From contig JAVVGL010000002.1 of assembly GCA_032249135.1 (NCBI GenBank), positions 32,001 to 96,000 on the forward strand: DNA of 64,000 nucleotides. The letters are read 5' to 3'. Within the stretch, counting starts at the first letter, position 1, and the number at the start of each line of letters is the position of its first letter. The notes below the pieces were generated by a model that did not search any database, was not told the DNA's origin, and saw nothing but the letters and a program-made list of their open reading frames with translations. The stretch comes from Candidatus Calescibacterium sp. (GTDB lineage Bacteria > Calescibacteriota > Calescibacteriia > Calescibacteriales > Calescibacteriaceae). A program made the translations under genes and the position numbers. This document shows positions 1 through 9,428 of the stretch, one piece after another.

Positions 1-1
1 A

Positions 2-238
2 CCGGATCTTGAAGAGTTCTTCAAAGTAAAAGGAATTGTAGTATCAGATGTAAGGAAAAATTCGAAAGCAGAAGATAAGATTAAAAGAGGAGATATTATA
101 ATTTCTGTAAATGGAAAAAGTACTCAAGGTGAAAATGGTATGGACATACTAGAGGATGAGGTTAAAAAAAGCGATTCCCTACAACTTGAAATAATAAGAG
201 ACGGAAAAAAGCAAACACTGAAAATATCTTTAAAATAG
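2..238 (+). CDS. 3' end of a PDZ-domain protein (probably HtrA/DegP-like protease), truncated by the window start
   Basis: Frame 2 translates as PDLEEFFKVKGIVVSDVRKNSKAEDKIKRGDIIISVNGK...LEIIRDGKKQTLKISLK*, a PDZ signature (GIVV..V...S.A...GDII.SVNG, I.RDGK). Stop TAG at 236-238. Confidence 0.75.
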   Translation, partial: PDLEEFFKVKGIVVSDVRKNSKAEDKIKRGDIIISVNGKSTQGENGMDILEDEVKKSDSLQLEIIRDGKKQTLKISLK

Positions 239-258
239 CTGTGTCATAAAAGTAAATT

Positions 259-675
259 ATGTCATATTACACATTTTTGAATTTGGTTTCCACCTTGTCA
301 ATTGTTGTCTCTGGGATTTTAGTTGTACTCGGGTTAGTAGAGATAAAAACAAAAAGGAGGATCCATATTCACAGAAATCTTATGCTCTCTGCATCTTTTT
401 TTGCTGCCCTTTTTCTCATAATCTACATCATAAAATATTTTGCTTTTGGACCCAAAGAATACCGAGGAGATATGAGGAATCTTTATCTTGCCGTTTTATT
501 TGTACATTCTTTGCTCGCATCTTTAAATGTACCTCTGGTTATTATAACTATCTTTCTTGCATTAAGAAAGAAATTCGCTTTGCACAAAAAAGTTGCAAAA
601 ATAACTGCTCCAACATGGATAATAGTTGCTCTAACGGGTTGGATAATTTTCGTTTTCCTTACCTTTGGGGAATAA
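259..675 (+). CDS. DUF420-family membrane protein
   Basis: 138 aa, four hydrophobic helices, motifs HRNLML, HSLLA and HKKVAKITAPTW. Confidence 0.75.
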   Translation: MSYYTFLNLVSTLSIVVSGILVVLGLVEIKTKRRIHIHRNLMLSASFFAALFLIIYIIKYFAFGPKEYRGDMRNLYLAVLFVHSLLASLNVPLVIITIFLALRKKFALHKKVAKITAPTWIIVALTGWIIFVFLTFGE

Positions 676-836
676 ACGAAAATAAAATTAACGGTTTATA
701 AAAAAAGAACAATCAAAATTCAGAATAATGTTCTCCATTACCATTAGATGTTTCTGCAACTCAATTTTCATTTTAACCTTGATATAGGTCATTTTTCAAC
801 TTGATAAAAGTATTTTCCTCACTAATAACTAATTGT

Positions 837-858
837 AAAAAAAAAAAAAAAAAAAAAA
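837..858. repeat. 22-nt A homopolymer (poly-T on the leuD strand)
   Basis: Uninterrupted run of A from 837 to 858, 11 nt past the leuD stop. Confidence 0.9.
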
Positions 859-869
859 TAGGTCACAGA

Positions 870-1529
870 TCAAAAATATTTTTTGTGTTTTTGAATTATG
901 TTTTGGCTTATTTCCCTGAAAGGGAATAGTTTTTTCCTTTTTTCTTCATATTCTTTAATTTTGTCCTCATATTTTAATGTCAGAGCAATTTCATCAAGAC
1001 CTTCAATTATGTAAATTTTTCTCACCGGATCCATTTCAAATTTTGTTGAGAAACCAAAATCATCATATATAATTTGCTCTTCAATATCAACGGTAAGGTA
1101 GTAAGGTTGGTTCTGTTTTTCAAGTTCATATACTTTTTGGAAAAGCTCATCTACTATATTTTCGGGCAGAGTAATGAGGGCAAGTCCGTTTTTGAAAGCA
1201 TTATTGTAAAAAATATCAGCAAATTTTGGGGATATTATTACTCTGAAACCAAAATCGTATAGTGCCCAGACTGCGTGTTCCCTTGAACTTCCAGCGCCGA
1301 AATTTTTTCTCGTAAGGAGAATTTTTGCATTTTTAAATAGAGGTTTATTCAGAACAAAATCAGGATTTGGTTCCTTATCTCCTTTATATCTCCAATCATA
1401 AAACAAAAATTCCCCAAAACCCGTTCTTTCTATTTTTTTGAGAAACTGTTTAGGTATTATTTGGTCGGTATCAACATCTGACCTGTCTAATGGAGCTACT
1501 ATCCCCCTTATTTTTTTTAAAGGCTCCAT
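870..1529 (-). CDS. leuD: 3-isopropylmalate dehydratase small subunit
   Basis: Motifs DVDTDQIIPKQFL, NFGAGSSREHA and FADIFYNNAFKNG. Confidence 0.95.
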   Translation of the reverse strand: MEPLKKIRGIVAPLDRSDVDTDQIIPKQFLKKIERTGFGEFLFYDWRYKGDKEPNPDFVLNKPLFKNAKILLTRKNFGAGSSREHAVWALYDFGFRVIISPKFADIFYNNAFKNGLALITLPENIVDELFQKVYELEKQNQPYYLTVDIEEQIIYDDFGFSTKFEMDPVRKIYIIEGLDEIALTLKYEDKIKEYEEKRKKLFPFREISQNIIQKHKKYF

Positions 1530-1567
1530 CTTTGTAAAATTATTTTATTATTTTTTTTGATAATAAT

Positions 1568-2170
1568 TTAGTATCCCCTTTCTGTCCTTTTTTTGAGCTC
1601 TTCATCCAATTTTTGTAGCATCTCCTCTGCTCGCTCCTTAACGATAGCTCTATGCTTTTGTCTTGCCATATCTTTCATTTTGTTGAAAGTTTCTTGAAGA
1701 ACATTATCTACTTCAAGCAAAGCAAGACAATACATAACTTTCTTCTTTTCATCGGTATATCTATCTACTATTTGTGATCCAACAAGCAATGCCTCCGTTG
1801 TAGATTTTATTATAATCTGTGTAAACTCATCTGAACCTTCTGCATCTTTATTGAAGTAATCTTTGTGCTCTTCCATAAAATCTGTTATAAGCGATGCTAC
1901 ATATGAGTCAAGAACTCTTGCAAGATCTGCCCGAGCACGAGTATCACATCTTATCCTTGTCATAGCTTCATTTGGAGAAAGTTCAGATACCCCAACGCCA
2001 TACAACTTTTTCTCCTTTGGAGAAAATGCCCCCGCACCTTTTATGACCCATTCTGGTGGCTTTTTTCCACACCCAATTTGAAAGAAAACAACAAGTAAGA
2101 AAAACAAAAACACGAGTATTACACTGCTTACCTTAATATATTTACTATTCATTTTCACAAACTTATCCAT
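1568..2170 (-). CDS. LPP20-like lipoprotein
   Basis: Hydrophobic signal ending in IGC, followed by PPEWV, LYGVG and RARADLA. The ATG at 2170 has GGAGGT upstream and is preferred over the ORF-track start at 2185. Confidence 0.6.
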   Translation of the reverse strand: MDKFVKMNSKYIKVSSVILVFLFFLLVVFFQIGCGKKPPEWVIKGAGAFSPKEKKLYGVGVSELSPNEAMTRIRCDTRARADLARVLDSYVASLITDFMEEHKDYFNKDAEGSDEFTQIIIKSTTEALLVGSQIVDRYTDEKKKVMYCLALLEVDNVLQETFNKMKDMARQKHRAIVKERAEEMLQKLDEELKKRTERGY

Positions 2171-2345
2171 TTTTCTACCTCCCAAAAAATAATTTAATCA
2201 TTTGTTTCAAATCTAAGTTATAAAATTGCAATTTTTTTGTAGCCCACCAAAACCCCTCAAATAAAAGCTCATAAATTACGATTAAAAAACGTAAAATAAA
2301 TTACTTTTAATTTTAGTTATAGATTGCTTTTAGAATCTAATATTT

Positions 2346-3800
2346 ATGATGATGAGAGGAAAAAAATTTGTCTCACTATATGAGAAACTTACGAAAACCC
2401 CATTTCCCACTGAAAAATTTATCAAAAAAGAAGAAAAAGAAGAGGTAATAGAAGAAGAAAAAGAGAAAGAAGAGAAAATAGAAGAAGAAATTTCAGTACC
2501 AGAGGAGATACCCAGAGAGGAAATAGAGCTTGAATTCAAAATCCCCGAATTCAAAATCCCCGAAATACAACTCGAAGCAGAAAAAAAACCTACCGAAGAA
2601 ATAAAAGAAGAAGAAATTACTCCCAAACCAACAAAAATTGAAGTAGAAGAAGAAACAGAAGAAGAAATTCAGATTCAGGAAAAATATGAAAAGTTAGTAT
2701 TTGAAGAAGAAATAATATCAGAAGAGCTGACAAGGAGAAAAGTCAGAGAAAAATTTGAGGACGGCAAAAAGAAGGTAGAAGGAGAGGAAGACATAAAAAG
2801 GAAAGTAATCGTTGGTCTTGATGTGCCTGAGACAAAGAGAGAATATATAAGCCAAGAAGAGAAAATCTCTGAAACTGAATCTCAATTGAAAACCGATGAG
2901 CAAAAAGATAAAATAACTTTTATGGATAAAGAAAATATTAATCATCGTATAGATAAGGAACCTAAAAGCAAACAGCCATTAATTCAGGAAATAATAGATA
3001 GGATAAGAGTTGACATAATAGCTCGTGCGGAAGTTGAAGCTAAAAAGAAAATAGACGAAGCAGAAAAAAAAGCAAAAGAAATAATAGATAACGCCTACAA
3101 GGAATCTGAAAAAATAATAAATGAAGCTTTATCAAGAAGCTTAGATATATCAAGAGAAATAGAGAAGGAAGCCGAAGAAAGAGGTTTCAAAAAAGGATAT
3201 GAAAAAGGCTATAAGGAAGGAGAAAATAAGGGGTACGAGGATGCATACAAAAAAACTTTGTCAGAAGGAAGATACGCCCTTGAGATGATAAGAAAGATAG
3301 CAGATGAGGTAGCCTATGCAAAGGAAAGATTTTCTGATGATTTCCCGAAAATAGTTCTACATCTTACACTCGTTGCCCTCAAGACAATTCTTATGACAGA
3401 AAGAATAAAAGACGAGGAACTCGTTATAAGAGCTCTCAAAGATGCACTTGATAAAGTAAAAGGATTCAAAATAGTAAGAATAAGATTGAATGAAAAGGAT
3501 ATAGAGATAGTCAAAAAATTTTTCCAGATACCCGAAGATATTGACATAGTCCCCGATAACTCCGTTCAGCGTGGAGATGTAAAGATAGACATGAGGGAAG
3601 GATATTTTGAGTCCTCTATAAAATGGAGAGAAAAAATAATAGAAGAGGTTCTGAAAGGAGAGCTTGAAAACCTCATGAGTGAAAAACCCGAGGAGAATAG
3701 CCATTCTCCAAAAGAAAATCCTCCACAAGGGAACAAAATGCAAGAAAACATTGAAATCAAAGAAAGCAAAGAGATTGAAGATATAAAAGAGTTAGAATAG
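2346..3800 (+). CDS. fliH: Flagellar export regulator FliH with a long acidic N-terminal extension
   Basis: The C-terminal half has the FliH GxxxG run (ERGFKKGYEKGYKEGENKGYEDA), IRLNEKD and DNSVQRGDVKI. The first ~200 aa are Glu/Lys-rich and low complexity. Confidence 0.75.
   Translation: MMMRGKKFVSLYEKLTKTPFPTEKFIKKEEKEEVIEEEKEKEEKIEEEISVPEEIPREEIELEFKIPEFKIPEIQLEAEKKPTEEIKEEEITPKPTKIEVEEETEEEIQIQEKYEKLVFEEEIISEELTRRKVREKFEDGKKKVEGEEDIKRKVIVGLDVPETKREYISQEEKISETESQLKTDEQKDKITFMDKENINHRIDKEPKSKQPLIQEIIDRIRVDIIARAEVEAKKKIDEAEKKAKEIIDNAYKESEKIINEALSRSLDISREIEKEAEERGFKKGYEKGYKEGENKGYEDAYKKTLSEGRYALEMIRKIADEVAYAKERFSDDFPKIVLHLTLVALKTILMTERIKDEELVIRALKDALDKVKGFKIVRIRLNEKDIEIVKKFFQIPEDIDIVPDNSVQRGDVKIDMREGYFESSIKWREKIIEEVLKGELENLMSEKPEENSHSPKENPPQGNKMQENIEIKESKEIEDIKELE
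2532..2564 (+). repeat. 15-bp in-frame tandem repeat (EFKIP x2) in fliH
   Basis: gaattcaaaatcccc at 2532-2546 and 2547-2561, followed by gaa. Confidence 0.9.
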
Positions 3801-3817
3801 CTCATCCCTCAAATAAA

Positions 3818-4762
3818 TCACATCATCTCTCTTATTTTCTCTATAATAGGCAAATATATAGATACGATGAAAAAAATCAGAAATATAGATGTTATTATGA
3901 ATAATGCTGGTTCTATCGCTCTTTTTATTATCTCCGCCTCTCTCTTTGCTCTATCAAGATAAATATCAGATATGCTGAACAAAATCTGCGATAATCTTCC
4001 TATCTCAAAAGAACTTAAAATTTCTTCCTGAAATTCCTTTATGAAAGAAAAAGATGGAGTAAGTCCTCTCAAAATCCTTCCCACTTCAAGTTCCATCTCC
4101 TTTTTTATCTTCCCAGGTATAAGATACGAAGTAAGAATTAATGCTTTCTGAAGTGGTATTCCATTATCCAAACATATTGCTAACGCTCTTGTGCATATTG
4201 AAAGTTTGGCTGAATTAAATAAAGGAATTTCTCTTATCTGCGAGATAATGATATATGTAAAACCCAAAAATATAGCAGTAAAAGTTATGAAGTTATCTTG
4301 AATATACTCCCTGACATTTTGTATCAAAATTATGCTTTTAGGTGGCTGAACTCCGAATTCCGATAACATCAATAGTATCTCCGGAATAACAAAAACTACA
4401 ACTATTGAAAAGAAAACAAAAAGCGAAGCTATTGAAAATAAAGGAGTAATCAGCGCAAACTTTATATCTCTTTCAAGATTTTCTTTTAGCTCAAGAAGAC
4501 TCACAAGATTTCCAAGAACCTGCGTAAGCTTTCCTGTTTCTTCCCCTATCTTTATATTTTGAACAATAAATTCTGGAAACCTCTCTAATTTCAAAGCTGT
4601 AGAAAGGTCTAATCCTCTCTTTATGTATTCTCCTATCTCCTCACCCCCCATTATTTTTTTTAGAGACGGTTCAATTTTGAAACCAGCCGAAAGATATAAG
4701 TATAATTCTTTGAGAAATTTCAAATGGTTCAATTTCTTTCTTTTGCCATCTACCTTTATCAT
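3818..4762 (-). CDS. Type II secretion system F / PilC-family platform protein
   Basis: Two T2SSF-like repeats: LYLSAG...IKIGEETGKL and LDNGIPL...EIGRL. Ends IEPALF...SIYLPI. Confidence 0.85.
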   Translation of the reverse strand: MIKVDGKRKKLNHLKFLKELYLYLSAGFKIEPSLKKIMGGEEIGEYIKRGLDLSTALKLERFPEFIVQNIKIGEETGKLTQVLGNLVSLLELKENLERDIKFALITPLFSIASLFVFFSIVVVFVIPEILLMLSEFGVQPPKSIILIQNVREYIQDNFITFTAIFLGFTYIIISQIREIPLFNSAKLSICTRALAICLDNGIPLQKALILTSYLIPGKIKKEMELEVGRILRGLTPSFSFIKEFQEEILSSFEIGRLSQILFSISDIYLDRAKREAEIIKRAIEPALFIITSIFLIFFIVSIYLPIIEKIREMM

Positions 4763-4809
4763 TTTTGATTTATCCGATTCCAGAATCCAAGTTTACTTGC
4801 AAGTTTAAT

Positions 4810-5148
4810 TTACTTACAATCTTCCTTTGTTGAGAAAAATTCACTAATCCTCTGAATAGTTTTCGGACCGACTCCCTTTATTTTCTCGAGTTCATCTATA
4901 CTATCAATTTTCGTGTATTTTATGTATTCATAAATCTTTCTCGCTTGACTTTCATTCACAACCAATCTGAGAGCATCTAATATTTCTTCTTTTTGGCAGT
5001 TTATTGATATTTTCTCTCCACACAAAACATTCAAAATTATGCTCTCCCTCCCAGGACATTTTTTGACTGCAAATACCACATCTAACTTCATTATAAAAAT
5101 CAGAAAAGTTAGCATAAACATTCCTTTTGTGTAGTGATTCGCTCGCAT
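4810..5148 (-). CDS. ComEA-like helix-hairpin-helix DNA-binding protein
   Basis: N-terminal hydrophobic segment, KISIN, SIDELEKIKGVGPKTIQRI. Confidence 0.75.
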   Translation of the reverse strand: MRANHYTKGMFMLTFLIFIMKLDVVFAVKKCPGRESIILNVLCGEKISINCQKEEILDALRLVVNESQARKIYEYIKYTKIDSIDELEKIKGVGPKTIQRISEFFSTKEDCK

Positions 5149-5242
5149 ATTTCCATCTTATTCTTGTTAAAAAATAATTTTTTTACTCCGATATTTTTTA
5201 ATAAAAAGCCTTAAATTTTTAATTGAAGGAGGTTATAAGACT

Positions 5243-6058
5243 ATGAGAAGTTATCCTGACCTGACAAGTATATTAGGGCTTATGGCAATTTTTTTTGCAG
5301 TTTTTTTCGGCATATCAATAGAAGCTCACAGCATAAGCGATCTTCTCATATTTTTCTGGGGAAAAGGTGTTTGGGCTGCGTGGTTTATAGTTATAGGAGG
5401 AACAATTGCAGCAACTTTCACAGCATTCACATGGGGACAATTCTCTGCTGTCATCAAAATCTTAACAAGAAGTTTTTTTTCAACGAAAAAATACAATAAT
5501 CTCCAACTTATAGAGAATTTCACCGAATATGCCCGTAGAATAAGAAGAGAGGGAGTTAGAGTAATGGAACAAGTAATAGATGAAGTTGAACATCCTTATA
5601 TGAAAAGAGGATTAAGAGCTGTTGCCGATGGATTAGATTATGAAGCTGTTGAAAGAATCCTTGACGCAGAGCTTGCGGTCATTCAGGAAAGACATGCAGT
5701 CGGTCAAAAAATCTTTGACTTTGGTGCAATGTGTGCTCCATCTTTCGGACTCGTTGGAGCCGTATCAGGTCTTATAAGAACGCTCATTAACCTTGAAGAC
5801 CCTTCAAAAGTTGGTCCGGGTGTTGCTCTGGCTTTTGTCTCTACATTCTATGGTATCCTTTTGGCTTACGGACTTTTTACCCCTATAAAAAATAAGCTTG
5901 AAATGAAACATTCCGAGGAAATGGTAACCTTACTTCTCATAAGAGAGGGAGTCCTGGCTCTTACAAAAGGAGAGCCTCACATAGTTGTTGAAGAGAAACT
6001 AAAAGGTTATGTTACAGGTAAGGAGAGGGAAGCATTGGAGAGGAGGGCAGCAGCATAA
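5243..6058 (+). CDS. motA: Flagellar stator protein A
   Basis: IVIGGT, RREG, APSFGLVGAVSGLI, ALAFVSTFYG; coupled to motB by a TAATG overlap. Confidence 0.9.
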   Translation: MRSYPDLTSILGLMAIFFAVFFGISIEAHSISDLLIFFWGKGVWAAWFIVIGGTIAATFTAFTWGQFSAVIKILTRSFFSTKKYNNLQLIENFTEYARRIRREGVRVMEQVIDEVEHPYMKRGLRAVADGLDYEAVERILDAELAVIQERHAVGQKIFDFGAMCAPSFGLVGAVSGLIRTLINLEDPSKVGPGVALAFVSTFYGILLAYGLFTPIKNKLEMKHSEEMVTLLLIREGVLALTKGEPHIVVEEKLKGYVTGKEREALERRAAA

Positions 6059-6780
6059 TGTTCAGAAAAGCAGAAAGTGGTGGAGGAGGAGGGGAACATG
6101 CTCCAAGATGGGCTATAATATGGCTTGATATGATGAATTCACTATTAGCTCTGTTTATTGCTATGTTCGCATTCTCCGAACCCAAAAGAACAAAAATAAT
6201 TTCTGTCGTTGTATCTTTGAGGGAGGCTCTTGGAGTTCTTTCGGGCGAACCTTTCCCAGAAAAGAAATTAGAAGCTATGATATCTACACCGGGACTCGGA
6301 CCGCTTTCCGGAAAACCAACTGGTTTCCTTATGAGCGCTATTGAAGAGATAAAAAAGGAAGTTGAAACCGGAGCTGAGCAAAGGGGACTGCTTTTTAGGG
6401 TTTACGGAACTCAAGAGGGAACAGTAGTTTCATTGCCATCCGATATTCTTTTTGAGCCCGGGAGCGCTTCATTATCTGAAAAAGGAGAAAAAGTAATTTC
6501 AATTTTAGCAAAATATATTTCTGCTATTCAGGCTGATATAGTTGTTGAGGGACATACTGACGATATACCCATTACATCACCTATATATCCATCAAACTGG
6601 GAGCTATCGGCTGCCCGTGCCGCTACAGTTGCACGGGTTCTTGAAAAATACGGTGTCCCTCACAATAGAATATCTGTCTCTGGATTTGCAGATACGAAAC
6701 CAATAGTTCCAAATATCTCCCCAGAAAATAGAATGAAAAACAGAAGAGTTGAAATAAAACTCAAAGGTTTAGTTTATTGA
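6058..6780 (+). CDS. motB: Flagellar stator protein B
   Basis: TM segment WAIIWLDMMNSLLALF with the conserved Asp; OmpA-like domain VEGHTDD, SNWELSAARA, NRRVEI. Confidence 0.92.
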   Translation: MFRKAESGGGGGEHAPRWAIIWLDMMNSLLALFIAMFAFSEPKRTKIISVVVSLREALGVLSGEPFPEKKLEAMISTPGLGPLSGKPTGFLMSAIEEIKKEVETGAEQRGLLFRVYGTQEGTVVSLPSDILFEPGSASLSEKGEKVISILAKYISAIQADIVVEGHTDDIPITSPIYPSNWELSAARAATVARVLEKYGVPHNRISVSGFADTKPIVPNISPENRMKNRRVEIKLKGLVY

Positions 6781-6809
6781 TTTAGTAAGGTAGATAAACT
6801 TTTTCTCTT

Positions 6810-7292
6810 ATGAAGTACGAACTTTACAGATTGTCAGTATTTTTGCATATCTTTGCGTTCTCTGTTTGGTTTGGAGGAATGATATTTATCTCGCTTATTT
6901 TGAGACCTTCTCTTATGAGAAGGGAAGACTATCCCGATATTATAAATGTGGTAGCAAGAAAATTCAGCAAAATTACTTGGTTTTTTATTTTCCCTACTTT
7001 GCTCATTACTGGTTTTTTTAACTCATATATCAGAACCGGTGAGATAAACCCTTTTGAGTGGACAAAATACACTCCGGGTAAGATAGCATTAATAAAGCTT
7101 CATTTGCTCATTCTTATTTTCATTTTAAGTGCTTTGCATGATTTTAAAATTGGACCAAAGGCAGTGGAGCAAATGAGAAATCGGACAAATCCACAAAATT
7201 TCAGAAAACTTTCAGGATTTATAGGAAGATTAAATTTCCTCCTCGGAACTATAATGCTTATATTAGGAATTCTAATAGTGAGGGGATGCTAA
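6810..7292 (+). CDS. CopD/DUF4149-like membrane protein
   Basis: FLHIFAFSVWFGG, LHDFKIGP and four TM helices. Confidence 0.65.
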   Translation: MKYELYRLSVFLHIFAFSVWFGGMIFISLILRPSLMRREDYPDIINVVARKFSKITWFFIFPTLLITGFFNSYIRTGEINPFEWTKYTPGKIALIKLHLLILIFILSALHDFKIGPKAVEQMRNRTNPQNFRKLSGFIGRLNFLLGTIMLILGILIVRGC

Positions 7293-7420
7293 AATACGAA
7301 TACCTATCAATATAGAATAAACTTAAAGTGCTGATCAATTGTCTAAATACAAATAGAGAATAAAAAAAGAAATTTAACCTGAAAAATTAAAAATCTTTGA
7401 GTTCAAGGAAAATTTTTTAG

Positions 7421-8374
7421 ATGAAAATGACCAAGAAAAGTAAAAACTCAGAAAACAAAAAAAGCAATCAAGTCAAAAATAGTAGTGAAGTGATACAAGG
7501 AAACTATGTCGCTCTTGTTACACCTTTTTATGATGGTAAAATAGATGAGAAATCTTTCAAGAAACTTATAGATTTTGTGATAGAAAACGGCTGCGATGGG
7601 ATTGTTCCCTGCGGGACAACTGGGGAAGCTGCAACACTTGATTTTGATGAACATATAAAAGTTATAGAGCTGGCTCTGGAATTCTCGGCAGGTAGAGTAA
7701 AAGTAATGGCTGGAACAGGTTCAAACTCAACGCAGGAGGCAATAGAGCTTACAAAAAAAGCTGAAAAACTTGGAGTTGACTCAGTTCTCCTTATAGCCCC
7801 ATATTATATAAGACCAACTCAAACTGGTTTATATGAACACTACAAAAAAATAGCTTCAGAATGTGCGGTTCCACAGGTTTTGTATAATATTCCTTCACGA
7901 ACAGGCGTCAATATAGAAGCAGAAACAGTTCTCAAACTTGCTCACGAATGCAAAAACATAGTGGGAATAAAAGAGGCTTCCGGAAATATAAAGCAAATAT
8001 CAGAGATAATAAAGGGAGCACCTGAAAACTTCTCCGTAATCTCCGGAGATGACATTATGACCTTACCCATCATATCAATTGGAGGTAAAGGTGTCATATC
8101 ATCAACAGCAAATGCATTTCCTTCAGAGATGACGAAACTTGTAAAATATGGACTTGAAGGAAATTTTGAAGAAGCAAGAAAACTCCATATTTATTTACTT
8201 GATGCATTTAATACTCTTTTTATAGAGACAAACCCAATTCCTGTTAAGACTGCTCTTTATCTTATGGGGATAATAAGATCGCCAGAACTTCGCTTACCAC
8301 TCTGCCCTCCATCTCAAAAAACCCTTGAAATGATAAAAAACATGCTGAAAAAATATAATCTTTTGCCTGAATAA
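7421..8374 (+). CDS. dapA: 4-hydroxy-tetrahydrodipicolinate synthase
   Basis: ALVTPF, GTTGE, YNIPSRTG, GIKEASG, ETNPIPVK. The true start may be slightly downstream. Confidence 0.95.
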   Translation: MKMTKKSKNSENKKSNQVKNSSEVIQGNYVALVTPFYDGKIDEKSFKKLIDFVIENGCDGIVPCGTTGEAATLDFDEHIKVIELALEFSAGRVKVMAGTGSNSTQEAIELTKKAEKLGVDSVLLIAPYYIRPTQTGLYEHYKKIASECAVPQVLYNIPSRTGVNIEAETVLKLAHECKNIVGIKEASGNIKQISEIIKGAPENFSVISGDDIMTLPIISIGGKGVISSTANAFPSEMTKLVKYGLEGNFEEARKLHIYLLDAFNTLFIETNPIPVKTALYLMGIIRSPELRLPLCPPSQKTLEMIKNMLKKYNLLPE

Positions 8375-8446
8375 AAATAATAATCTTCTAAATAAGAATC
8401 TAAACAAGAAAATAAATAAGAAAATTTTAAAAGAAAAAAAAGAAAA

Positions 8447-9370
8447 GTGGCACTACTTGAAGTAAGAAACCTTTCTATATCATTTCATGAAAAAAAAGTA
8501 GTAGATTCTGTATCATTTTCTATTGATAGTGGCGAAGTCCTTGGGGTAGTAGGTGAATCAGGTTCAGGAAAAACTTTGACCGCTCTCTCAATATTGCGCC
8601 TCACTCCACCAACAGCAAAAGTAGAAGGTGAAATAATTTTTGAAGGGAAAAACATTCTCAAATTAAGTGAAAGGGAAATGGATAGAATAAGAGGTAAGGA
8701 GATTTCACTTATTTTACAGAATCCTCATTCTGCGTTTAATCCAGTTTTTAAGGTTGGATATCAAGTGATAGAGCCTATGCTTGTTCATTTCGGTTTAGAG
8801 AAGAAAAAAGCCCTTGAACTTGCACGAGATGTTTTCAGACAGGTCGGAATTTCTGAACCTGAATTGAGACTCAAATCATATCCTCACGAGTTATCAGGGG
8901 GAATGAAACAAAGAGCTGTAATATCTGTTTCAATTCTTATGAAGTCAAAGCTTATAATAGCTGATGAACCGACAACCGCTCTCGACCCAACTATTGAAAG
9001 TCAAATTCTCAAAATACTGAGAAAAATAGTTGATGAACAAAAGAGTTCAATGATATTCATTTCACACGATATCTCACAAGTTGGATGGATAGCAGATAAA
9101 ATAGCTGTCATGTATGGTGGATGGATTGTTGAGATAGGAAGAAGAGAAGATATTTTGAAAAATCCTTCTCATCCTTATACAAAAGCTCTACTTGAAGCTA
9201 TGCCCTATAAAGATAAACCAAAACCAATTCCGGGTTCTCCACTTGATATAAATTTTCAGGGGTGTAGGTTCTCAAAAAGATGTCCTCTGGCACAAAAGAT
9301 ATGCTTTGAACAAATTCCAGAGTTTAAAGAACTACAAAACGGTAGAAAATCAAAATGCTTTTTCGTTTAA
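8447..9370 (+). CDS. Oligo/dipeptide ABC transporter ATP-binding subunit (OppD/DppD-like)
   Basis: GESGSGKT, YPHELSGGMKQR, IADEPTTALD, HPYTKALL and a C-terminal Cys cluster. Confidence 0.9.
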   Translation: MALLEVRNLSISFHEKKVVDSVSFSIDSGEVLGVVGESGSGKTLTALSILRLTPPTAKVEGEIIFEGKNILKLSEREMDRIRGKEISLILQNPHSAFNPVFKVGYQVIEPMLVHFGLEKKKALELARDVFRQVGISEPELRLKSYPHELSGGMKQRAVISVSILMKSKLIIADEPTTALDPTIESQILKILRKIVDEQKSSMIFISHDISQVGWIADKIAVMYGGWIVEIGRREDILKNPSHPYTKALLEAMPYKDKPKPIPGSPLDINFQGCRFSKRCPLAQKICFEQIPEFKELQNGRKSKCFFV

Positions 9371-9428
9371 ATCACTAACACAAATTGCTCATCAGCAAAA
9401 AAAAATAGACCAAATTATAAGTACAAAA

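Noticed and set aside
676..836. Short minus-strand ORF or decayed coding sequence between DUF420 and leuD
   Set aside because: Only 34 codons, with no motif or clear RBS.
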